Assembly (NCBI GenBank): GCA_046725795.1
Contig: JBKOZI010000020.1
Coordinates: 1 to 45,221, forward strand
Reading direction: 5' to 3'
Length of the DNA stretch: 45,221 nucleotides
Source: Actinomycetota bacterium
GTDB taxonomy: Bacteria; Actinomycetota; Thermoleophilia; Solirubrobacterales; JBBDJG01
The notes beneath the pieces were generated by a model. It was not told the DNA's origin. It ran no database searches and worked only from the letters and a program-made list of their open reading frames with translations. Of the stretch, positions 19,317-25,965 are shown in pieces. The translations under genes were made by a program, and so were the position numbers. Position 1 is the stretch's first letter. The number at the start of each line of letters is the position of its first letter.

Positions 19317-20408
19317 ATGGATTCACAGGCGCTGGAACGCGAGCTGATACGCCTGGGACCGTGGCACATCGAGGTCGACGTGGTGCCCGGTCTGACGACC
19401 AGGGCGGGCTTCGATGTTTCGCCCGGGATGAATTCAGATTCGTTCGATGGCTTGACGTTCAAGTCGCCGAAGAAGCGCTTCCTCGGGCTGCTCGAACGCG
19501 CCTATCCGAATGGTCTCGAGGGTCGCAGTGTGCTCGACTGCGCCTGTAACTGCGGCGCCTTTTCCTTCTTTGCGAAGGAAGCCGGAGCGGGCGAATGCCT
19601 TTCCTTCGACGCTCGCGAGCACTGGATCGAGCAGGCGCGCTTCCTTGCCGAGCATCGCACCGCACCGACGGATCGCATGCGCTTCGAGGTCTGCGAGCTC
19701 GATGCCCTTCCGGCACTGGGCGCGGGGCCATTCGACTTGACGATCTTCAATGGGATCTTCTACCACCTCCCCGATCCGGTGCGTGGACTGAAAATCGCCG
19801 CCGACCAGACGAGCGAGCTGCTGATTCTCAACACGGCGGCGAAGATCGGCTACCCGGAGGGGGCGTTGGTCGCTGCGCGCGAGCCGCCCGAGCACGTCCT
19901 CTCAGGCGTCCACGGGCTCAACTGGTTCCCGAGCGGCCCAGCGGTACTGGCGAGCATCCTCGAATGGCTGGGGTTCCCGGCGACCCGCTGCACGGTCTGG
20001 CGTGCCACGCGGGTCGGCCTGGGACAGCTCGAGATCCTGGCCGCCCGCGATCCAGGCACCTTCGACGCGTTCGACTCCACCCGCGTGGGCGCCAAGGGAG
20101 TGCGGGAGGTCGTCACGACATCGACGCCTCCCGGCGCGACGGTCCTGGTCGTGAGCCGCGGGCGCGAGCGCCTGCTCGATCTCCCGGGCCGCGAAGCAGT
20201 GGATTTCGAACTCGATTCGGGCAACGACCCGATCAAGCGCTTGACGGAGCAGCACGCCGCCGGTGCCGACTATCTGCTGGTCCCCGACGCGGCCCTCGCG
20301 CCCGAGGACGCGCGCGTGCTGGGGGCAATCGAGGGCCGGTTCCTGCTCTACTCGCGCGCGGACGGCCTTTGCCGCATATTCGCTCTGTGGGGCGAGCCGG
20401 AGGCCTAA
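19317..20408 (+). CDS. Class I SAM methyltransferase (DUF1698/CmoB-like N-terminal region) with an extra C-terminal domain of about 130 aa
   Basis: LGPWHIEVDVVPGL, VLDCACNCGAFSF and FNGIFYHLPDP. ATG at 19317 lies 6 nt after TATGCT. The track ORF start at 18900 is spurious. Confidence 0.8.
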   Translation: MDSQALERELIRLGPWHIEVDVVPGLTTRAGFDVSPGMNSDSFDGLTFKSPKKRFLGLLERAYPNGLEGRSVLDCACNCGAFSFFAKEAGAGECLSFDAREHWIEQARFLAEHRTAPTDRMRFEVCELDALPALGAGPFDLTIFNGIFYHLPDPVRGLKIAADQTSELLILNTAAKIGYPEGALVAAREPPEHVLSGVHGLNWFPSGPAVLASILEWLGFPATRCTVWRATRVGLGQLEILAARDPGTFDAFDSTRVGAKGVREVVTTSTPPGATVLVVSRGRERLLDLPGREAVDFELDSGNDPIKRLTEQHAAGADYLLVPDAALAPEDARVLGAIEGRFLLYSRADGLCRIFALWGEPEA

Positions 20409-21130
20409 TCCTCGAGGCGGGACGTGCTCGCAGGTTCGGCGAGCATCTCTTCACCGAGAGGCGTCAGCCGCCAGCGACCAGGCGCAACCTTCTCCACCCA
20501 TTCGGCGTTGAGGGCCCGCAACATCACGCTGCGCACGGTCGAGTAGCAGTATCCCCTCTCCCGGAGGTCCGCCGCGGCTGCCTTCGCCGGGCTTCTCGCG
20601 CCCTCCGCGGAGTGAAGCACGCACGACCAGACGACCGCCGCGTGCCGCCGCAGGTCGCGACGCTGGCGAGCAACCGGGGCTGTCGCCAAGTCGATCTTGA
20701 ACCCAAATTGCTCCAGGACTTCGCCGTGGCCTGCGGCCTCCATCAACTCGGCGTTCTGGCGAAATGCCCGGAGCACTCTCGCCTCCGACACCCTGCGGGC
20801 GGCCGGCTCGTCCATTGGCGCCTCAGGCATCGCTCGGGAATCGAGGCGGTTCGGGACGACCTCGATACTCTCGACCATCGGCTCCCCATCGCGCTCCCGA
20901 ACCGTGCCGCGAAGGAGTCGCCCCGGTGGCTCGGGGTCCGACCGTTCCGCGTCGAGCGGAAGCTCGACCACCGCCACCGGGACTCGCTCACCGTCCCTCT
21001 CCTCGTGGAGGAAGTGTGCAGTCGGGGCCCGGTCCGGCCTTTGCACTTTCACTTGTTCGACTTCCGCGTTCACAATCGAAACACGCCTTGAATCCGCCAC
21101 GATGACAACGTGGGCGGACACTCGGGTCAC
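20405..21130 (-). CDS. Hypothetical protein with a C-terminal winged-helix-like segment
   Basis: The codon pattern is consistent with coding but atypical. The C-terminus, AAAADLRERGYCYSTVRSVMLRALNAEWVEKVAPGRWRLTPLGEEML, looks like a wHTH. The N-terminal two-thirds has no motif I recognise, and the start is uncertain. Confidence 0.5.
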   Translation of the reverse strand: MTRVSAHVVIVADSRRVSIVNAEVEQVKVQRPDRAPTAHFLHEERDGERVPVAVVELPLDAERSDPEPPGRLLRGTVRERDGEPMVESIEVVPNRLDSRAMPEAPMDEPAARRVSEARVLRAFRQNAELMEAAGHGEVLEQFGFKIDLATAPVARQRRDLRRHAAVVWSCVLHSAEGARSPAKAAAADLRERGYCYSTVRSVMLRALNAEWVEKVAPGRWRLTPLGEEMLAEPASTSRLED

Positions 21131-21195
21131 GAAATCGGGTCACAATTCGCCCGAATCCGTTCCTCCCCCGCTCCAGGCCGAAACCCATTCCGCTC

Positions 21196-21201
21196 TAGAA
21201 T
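21196..21201 (+). promoter_or_regulatory. Candidate -10 box (TAGAAT) 9 nt upstream of tRNA-Arg
   Basis: ctcTAGAATgcgccgcgaGCGCGCA. No convincing -35. Confidence 0.35.
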
Positions 21202-21210
21202 GCGCCGCGA

Positions 21211-21283
21211 GCGCGCATAGCTCAGTGGATAGAGCGCTGGCCTCCGGAGCCAGAGGTCGCAGGTTCGAATCCTGCTGCGCGCG
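21211..21283 (+). tRNA. tRNA-Arg (anticodon CCG), 73 nt, CCA not encoded
   Basis: Folded by hand. Acceptor GCGCGCA/TGCGCGC, D stem GCTC/GAGC, anticodon stem CTGGC/GCCAG with loop CTCCGGA, variable AGGTC, T arm GCAGG-TTCGAAT-CCTGC, discriminator G. Confidence 0.95.
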
Positions 21284-21288
21284 TGGCT

Positions 21289-21990
21289 CTACAGCGCGAG
21301 CGCGCGCAGTTCCGCGTAGAGCGCCTCGATCTCCGACGGGAGCGAACCGCCGTCGACGCCCGCGTTCCGCAGCTCGTCCGTGAAGAACGGCTCGCCGGGC
21401 GGCGCGGCCGGCAGGCCCACCAGCTCGCCAGCTTCCCGTAGCTTCGCCTCCAGGACCGGTGCGTCGTCGTCGAAGGAGACCACCGGAAACGGCCCCTCGG
21501 CGTGCACTGCCACGAGGCGCCGGTTGTACGTTCGCCACAGCGCGAGGCTCGTGTCGAAGTCGAGCTTGTTGCGGTGCGCGAGCGATTGTGCGACCCGCAG
21601 CGGATGCCGGAATATCCCGACCGGCTGCAAGTCGGGCACGAGCTGCCGCCAGCCGTCGAGCGTGAGCAGGGTGCGCGGGTCCTTGAACCCCCAGACCGGG
21701 CACCCGGCGTGCTCGGCAAGGATCGTCCGGGCTCTTTCCAGGTGCTCGGGCTGCCACTCCACCACGGCCGGCGGCCTGTCCCAGGCTCCACCGTTCGCCT
21801 CGAGAATGTCGCCCTGCAGATCCATGATGTCGAAGCGCTCGCGGTTGCCGCGGGGGTTGAACGGCCCCTTCGTGTTGACCTCTCCCAAGAACAGCCCCTG
21901 CTGCTCCAGGGAGCCGGCGAGACAGCTCGTGCCGCTTCTGTGCATCCCGAGCACGCAGATCACGCGCTCGGGCCGGGCTCCGTCAGCCAT
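21289..21990 (-). CDS. Sulfotransferase (Stf0-like P-loop)
   Basis: ICVLGMHRSGTSCLAG is a PAPS 5'-phosphosulfate loop, followed by WGFKDPRT. 233 aa. The stop lies 5 nt from the tRNA 3' end. Confidence 0.8.
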   Translation of the reverse strand: MADGARPERVICVLGMHRSGTSCLAGSLEQQGLFLGEVNTKGPFNPRGNRERFDIMDLQGDILEANGGAWDRPPAVVEWQPEHLERARTILAEHAGCPVWGFKDPRTLLTLDGWRQLVPDLQPVGIFRHPLRVAQSLAHRNKLDFDTSLALWRTYNRRLVAVHAEGPFPVVSFDDDAPVLEAKLREAGELVGLPAAPPGEPFFTDELRNAGVDGGSLPSEIEALYAELRALAL

Positions 21991-22735
21991 CGAGGTAGCC
22001 GAAGCGCGTCAGCGCCGGGGTCGCAATCTCCTCGAGCCGGCGGACGAGCTCCCGGTCGGCTTTGCGCCAGCGCCCCAACGTCGGCGGCGGCTCCACCTCC
22101 TGGGCGAGTTCGGCGGCGTCGCCCCGGAGCTCGAGGAAGTCGAGCACGCGCGCGACGGCCGCTTCGGGCTCGGCGCACAGGTCCTCAAACCGGATCCGGA
22201 GGTATCGCTCGCCGAGCTCGCTCTCGCCCGCGTCGGCAGCGGCCAGGTTGGCGGCGTTCCATAGCGCGATCGAGCGCGGCGGCGAGATGTCGGGCTCCGC
22301 CGGCGCGGGGCCGAGCACCGCCCACGCATGCTTTCGGACCTGGTTCTGGTTCTTCGAGAAGGCGAGGTCGCGCCCGTCGCGCACCACGTGCACGAAGCGC
22401 AGTCCCGGCAGCACGCGCGCTAGAAACGGGATCAGGAAGATGCTGCGCGGTTCCTTCCAGCCCCAGCGGGTGCCGTCGTCGCCGGCGCGGTGCTCACGGA
22501 GCAGCGTGAGGAGCTCCTCGGACATTTGCGTCTCGATGCCGGCCTGCTGTTGGAGAAACGGGTTGATCCATCGGTCGTAGTACGCCGCCACGTCCAGCCA
22601 GTCCTCAGCCGGGTTCAGGTTCGTGCCGATGAAGAGCCCTGCGCGACGAGCGACACGCGCCACGACACGTGTGCCCGAGCCGCCGGTCGCGCCCATGATG
22701 CTGGGGGGCGGGGCGGTCGGATCCGGTACTCCCAT
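21983..22735 (-). CDS. Sulfotransferase
   Basis: IMGATGGSGTRVV, WGWKEPRS and HVVRDGRDLAFS (3'-PB-like). Overlaps the downstream sulfotransferase by 8 nt. Confidence 0.8.
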   Translation of the reverse strand: MGVPDPTAPPPSIMGATGGSGTRVVARVARRAGLFIGTNLNPAEDWLDVAAYYDRWINPFLQQQAGIETQMSEELLTLLREHRAGDDGTRWGWKEPRSIFLIPFLARVLPGLRFVHVVRDGRDLAFSKNQNQVRKHAWAVLGPAPAEPDISPPRSIALWNAANLAAADAGESELGERYLRIRFEDLCAEPEAAVARVLDFLELRGDAAELAQEVEPPPTLGRWRKADRELVRRLEEIATPALTRFGYLDG

Positions 22736-22743
22736 CGCGGTTG

Positions 22744-22790
22744 ATCATAGGCGGCGGTCTCCTGCTACCGAGCACGTAGCTCACTAAAAT
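22744..22790. promoter_or_regulatory. Divergent promoter pair with -10 boxes positioned for leaderless mRNAs
   Basis: On the minus strand, TATGAT (22749..22744) lies 8 nt before ATG 22735. On the plus strand, TAAAAT (22785..22790) lies 7 nt before GTG 22798. Confidence 0.45.
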
Positions 22791-22797
22791 CGCCGGC

Positions 22798-23784
22798 GTG
22801 GAGAGCGGCGAAGTCGACGTCTGCGACTTGATCGCCGCGCCCGAGCGCTTCGGCGAGCGGGGCGAGGCTGCCGAATCGATGACGCTCGAGCAGCTCGTCG
22901 CGCTCGCGCACCGGATCGACGACGGAAAGGTCGAGGAGGCCTCGTGGAGGCGAGTAGGACTCGACCCGGCTACCAAGCTCGGCGCGCTCGATGCGGATGA
23001 CCGCGAGTGGTTCGCGGACATATTGCGTTTCTGGCAGACGAAGCCGCACGGCGTGAGCGAGGCCGTCTCGCCCGCCGACTGGATTCATAGCCGGGCACCC
23101 GAGCGGTACTACTCGACGGGCCGCATGACGATCCGCCGGGTACGACTGGCGCAGCTCCAGACCCGCAAAACGGCGGTGCGACGGATCCTCGACTTCGGCT
23201 CGGGGTACGGGCGCATCCTGCGCCAGTTCAAGGCCGCCTTTCCAGAAGCGCGACTCGCGGCCTGCGATATCCACCAGGAGGCGGTCGACTTCTGCGCCGA
23301 AACTTTCGGGGCCGAGCCGATCTATGCAGCGGACGATCCCGGTGAGACGAAAGTGGAGGGCGAGTTCGACCTGATCTTCGTCGGGTCCCTCTTCACGCAC
23401 CTCGACGCGCCGCGTTGGAAGAGCCTGTTCGACCTGCTCGAGCGGGTGCTCGAGCGCGACGGACTGCTCCTGTTCACGACGCAGGGCCGCTTCATCCGCG
23501 ACCAGGTTGCCGAGCGGACCTGGCGCGACGCTTTTGATCGCCCGATCTGGGTCAATTGGGGCGTGACCGAGGAGCAGCTCGACCAGATGGTGTCGGACTA
23601 CGACCGGGACGGTTTTGGCTACCTCGAGTGGTCCGCCCTCGATCGGCAGTACGGCACGTCGATCGCAACGCCGGCGTGGGTGCTCGGGCAGCTCCAGACC
23701 AGGCCGGGATTCGAGATCGTGTCCTACTGGGAGCGGGGCTGGAAGCCTCAGGACCTCGTAGTCTGCGTCGGAACCCGTTCCTAG
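22798..23784 (+). CDS. Class I SAM-dependent methyltransferase
   Basis: ILDFGSGYGRIL (motif I), ACDIHQEAV and FDLIFVGSLFTHL. 328 aa. Confidence 0.8.
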   Translation: MESGEVDVCDLIAAPERFGERGEAAESMTLEQLVALAHRIDDGKVEEASWRRVGLDPATKLGALDADDREWFADILRFWQTKPHGVSEAVSPADWIHSRAPERYYSTGRMTIRRVRLAQLQTRKTAVRRILDFGSGYGRILRQFKAAFPEARLAACDIHQEAVDFCAETFGAEPIYAADDPGETKVEGEFDLIFVGSLFTHLDAPRWKSLFDLLERVLERDGLLLFTTQGRFIRDQVAERTWRDAFDRPIWVNWGVTEEQLDQMVSDYDRDGFGYLEWSALDRQYGTSIATPAWVLGQLQTRPGFEIVSYWERGWKPQDLVVCVGTRS

Positions 23785-24581
23785 CCCGACGCGCGCTCGA
23801 GCGCTTCCCGGGACTTGCGCTCGCGCTCTGCCGCCTGCTCGACGGACCTCCTCGCCTGCCGCGCCGCCGCTTCGGCACGCCGGACCTCACGGGTCGCTGC
23901 ATCGGCGGCCTTCCGGGTCTCGGCCAGACGGTGCTCGGCCTCGCCGGCCTTCTGGCGCGCCTCGTCCGCCGCGGAACGCGCAGCTTCGAGGCGCCGTCGC
24001 GCGTTCGTCAGGCGTGTCGGCGCCTTGCTCGAAGCGGCTTTCGGGCCCGCCCCCGCAGGGCGGCTTCCGGTTGCGGTCGTGCCGAGCCCGAACCCGATCG
24101 CCCGCCGCTCCTTGGTCAGCCGGCCGCTGCCGACCGCGGCAGCTGCCTCCTCGTCCACGGCTGCGGCATGCAAGGTGTCGCGGATCTCCTCGAGCGTGGC
24201 CTCGCTTGGCCTCGCGCCGCTCTGCTCCAGGATCCGCCCGGCGTCCGCGAGCAGTTGCTCCACCAGCCGGCGTTCGCGCTCCGACAGCGCGAGGGTGTCG
24301 CCTCTGTCGCCGCCGGCGACCAGGCTTGCCTGCGCCTCGCGCAGCTGTTCGCCGATCTCGAGAAGCTCTCGAACACGATCGGGCTCCTGCCGCAGGAGCT
24401 GGTTGACGGCCCACGCCGCGGTGGTCGGCTTCCTCGCGGCTGCGACCTCCTTGCCGGCCTCCGGGTCGCCCTCGCCCCTTAGCCGCTTTGCGAGCGCATT
24501 CCTCGCCGCCGTGAAATCGCCGAGCGGGAGGCCATAGAGATCCTCGAGTCCCGCAATTTCCGCATTTTTCGGCCCGGCCAT
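23781..24581 (-). CDS. Conserved hypothetical protein with a charged coiled-coil C-terminus
   Basis: The N-terminus is LYGLPLGDFTAARNALAKRLRGEGDPEAGKEVAAARKPTTAAWAVNQLL. The C-terminal 70 aa are R/E/A-rich heptad-like. Confidence 0.65.
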   Translation of the reverse strand: MAGPKNAEIAGLEDLYGLPLGDFTAARNALAKRLRGEGDPEAGKEVAAARKPTTAAWAVNQLLRQEPDRVRELLEIGEQLREAQASLVAGGDRGDTLALSERERRLVEQLLADAGRILEQSGARPSEATLEEIRDTLHAAAVDEEAAAAVGSGRLTKERRAIGFGLGTTATGSRPAGAGPKAASSKAPTRLTNARRRLEAARSAADEARQKAGEAEHRLAETRKAADAATREVRRAEAAARQARRSVEQAAERERKSREALERASG

Positions 24582-24683
24582 CTAGATGATCGACTCCGGA
24601 TGTTTAGAAGCCCACGCCCGGGGCACAACGGGTACACAACCTCTCAGTGCGCCTCTGCACCCCAGGGGCGACCATCCGTCTTG

Positions 24684-24710
24684 AAGCGCCCGGTCATTGA
24701 CTGGGCGCTT
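24684..24710. terminator. 8-bp GC-rich hairpin (AAGCGCCC-N11-GGGCGCTT), a possible bidirectional terminator
   Basis: Read directly. The plus-strand side is followed by TTGAGTTCT. On the minus strand it lies 17 nt after the small-ORF stop and has no U-tract. Confidence 0.35.
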
Positions 24711-24726
24711 TGAGTTCTGGCCTCGC

Positions 24727-24894
24727 CTATCCAGCGTCGAGGGCGGCCATCAGCGCGACGAGCGCCACCACCGTGCCGATCGCGTGGATCGCGAGCGCGA
24801 TCACGAGCTCCGTCGTGCCGCCGCCGGCCAGCACCGCGCCGATTCCAGCGACGCTCGCGATGACGGCCACGGAGAATGTGATCAGGAGCCCCAA
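24727..24894 (-). CDS. Possible small membrane protein with two TM segments (55 aa, below the ORF-track cutoff)
   Basis: My translation is (TTG)GLLITFSVAVIASVAGIGAVLAGGGTTELVIALAIHAIGTVVALVALMAALDAG*. High GC3, two hydrophobic helices and no clear SD. Confidence 0.3.
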   Translation of the reverse strand: MGLLITFSVAVIASVAGIGAVLAGGGTTELVIALAIHAIGTVVALVALMAALDAG

Positions 24895-24906
24895 GGCGCG
24901 TCAATA

Positions 24907-25191
24907 CTATGCGACGCGGCTGCGGGATCGGAGTGGCGTTTGATCGAGGTTGTCCAGCAGCTCTTCGAGCGACTCGAACACGACGGTTGCGCCGGCCTCG
25001 AGCAGCTCCATCTCGGAGAACCCGCCGGTGAGGAGCGCAATGGTCTCGATCCCACAGCGTTTCGCCGCCTCGCAATCCCAGGTCGAGTCCCCCACCATCA
25101 CGGCCTCTCCCCCGCCCGCCTTCTCGATCGCACCGGCCACGAGGTCGGGTTGCGGTTTGGTTCTCTTCACGTCCCCCGAGGTCGTTACCCG
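24907..25191 (-). pseudogene. 5'-truncated HAD-superfamily phosphatase remnant (motifs III and IV only)
   Basis: It retains SGDVKRTKPQPDL (motif III Lys) and VMVGDSTWDCEAAKRCG (motif IV). The DxD nucleophile and motif II are missing, and the space where they should be is occupied by the DUF72 gene on the other strand. Confidence 0.6.
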
Positions 25192-25197
25192 TTTTGG

Positions 25198-25965
25198 GTG
25201 GTGCGACGCTCGGGTATCAATGAAAGCGTCCACCTGAAGCCTGTCCACATCGGCTGCTCGGGCTGGAACTACGCCCACTGGCGCGAGGTCGTCTACCCGA
25301 AGGGGCTACCGCAGAAGCGCTGGCTCGAGCACTACGCGACGCTGTTCGGCACGGTCGAGATCAACAGCACCTTCTACCGGCTGCCCAAACGCTCGGCGGT
25401 GGCGGGATGGGCCGAGCGCAGCCCGCCCGGCTTTCTGTTCGCGGTCAAGGCGAGCCGCTACCTGACGCACATCAAGCGGTTGACCGAGATGCGCAGCGGC
25501 ATCGAGCTGTTCTACGAGCGGATCGAGCCGCTGATCGAGGCGGGAAAGCTTGGCCCGGTGCTCTGGCAGCTCCCGCCGAGCTTCCGGCGCGACGACGAGC
25601 GCCTCGCGTCCGCGCTCGCCGAGCTCCCCGCGGGACACCACGCTTTCGAGTTCCGGCACGAGAGCTGGTTCGTGCCCGGGGTCTACGAGCTGCTCCGGAG
25701 CCACGGCGTTGCGCTCGTGATCGGCGACACGCCCCAACGCCGCTTTCAGAGCCATGAGCTCACGGCCGACTGGACCTTCGTGCGCCATCACTATGGGTCG
25801 CGCGGGCGTAACGGCAACTACTCCGACCGCGAGCTCGCCGAGTGGGCTGAGCGGATCCGAGAATGGCGCAAGAAGGTTGAGGTGTACGCCTACTTCAACA
25901 ACGACTGGAACGGCTTCGCGGTGCGCAACGGGCTCGCACTCAAGCGCCTTCTAGAGCTTCGGTAG
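25198..25965 (+). CDS. DUF72 (YecE/UPF0759) family protein
   Basis: HIGCSGWNYAHWREVVYP...YATLFGTVEINSTFYRLP...YAYFNND. The start is taken at GTG 25198 or 25201. The track ORF start at 24697 is spurious. Confidence 0.85.
   Translation: MVRRSGINESVHLKPVHIGCSGWNYAHWREVVYPKGLPQKRWLEHYATLFGTVEINSTFYRLPKRSAVAGWAERSPPGFLFAVKASRYLTHIKRLTEMRSGIELFYERIEPLIEAGKLGPVLWQLPPSFRRDDERLASALAELPAGHHAFEFRHESWFVPGVYELLRSHGVALVIGDTPQRRFQSHELTADWTFVRHHYGSRGRNGNYSDRELAEWAERIREWRKKVEVYAYFNNDWNGFAVRNGLALKRLLELR

Noticed and set aside
20206-20219. TCGAACTCGATTCG resembling an actinobacterial LexA/SOS box. I also looked for SOS boxes upstream of the NHEJ genes and recJ.
   Set aside because: The right half-site is imperfect and the sequence lies inside a methyltransferase coding region. 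No TCGAAC-N4-GTTCGA match was found by eye in the ligD, ku or recJ upstream regions.
21140-21791. Minus-strand ORFs (205 and 189 aa) and the plus-strand ORF 20697-21383, all running through the tRNA
   Set aside because: They overlap a perfectly folding tRNA-Arg and the motif-bearing sulfotransferase frame. Their compositions are shadow-like.
16622-23784. Island as an integrated mobile element (prophage, ICE or genomic island at a tRNA)
   Set aside because: No integrase, excisionase, transposase or conjugation gene is present. By eye I could not find a direct repeat of the tRNA-Arg 3' end elsewhere in the window. The tRNA sits in the middle of the block rather than at an edge. Lower GC alone is not proof of mobility.
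24697-25197. N-terminal 167 aa of the 422-aa ORF that contains DUF72
   Set aside because: The sequence has no coherent protein-like composition. It overlaps the HAD remnant and the small TM ORF on the other strand. DUF72 homology begins at about 25240 with GTG starts at 25198 and 25201.
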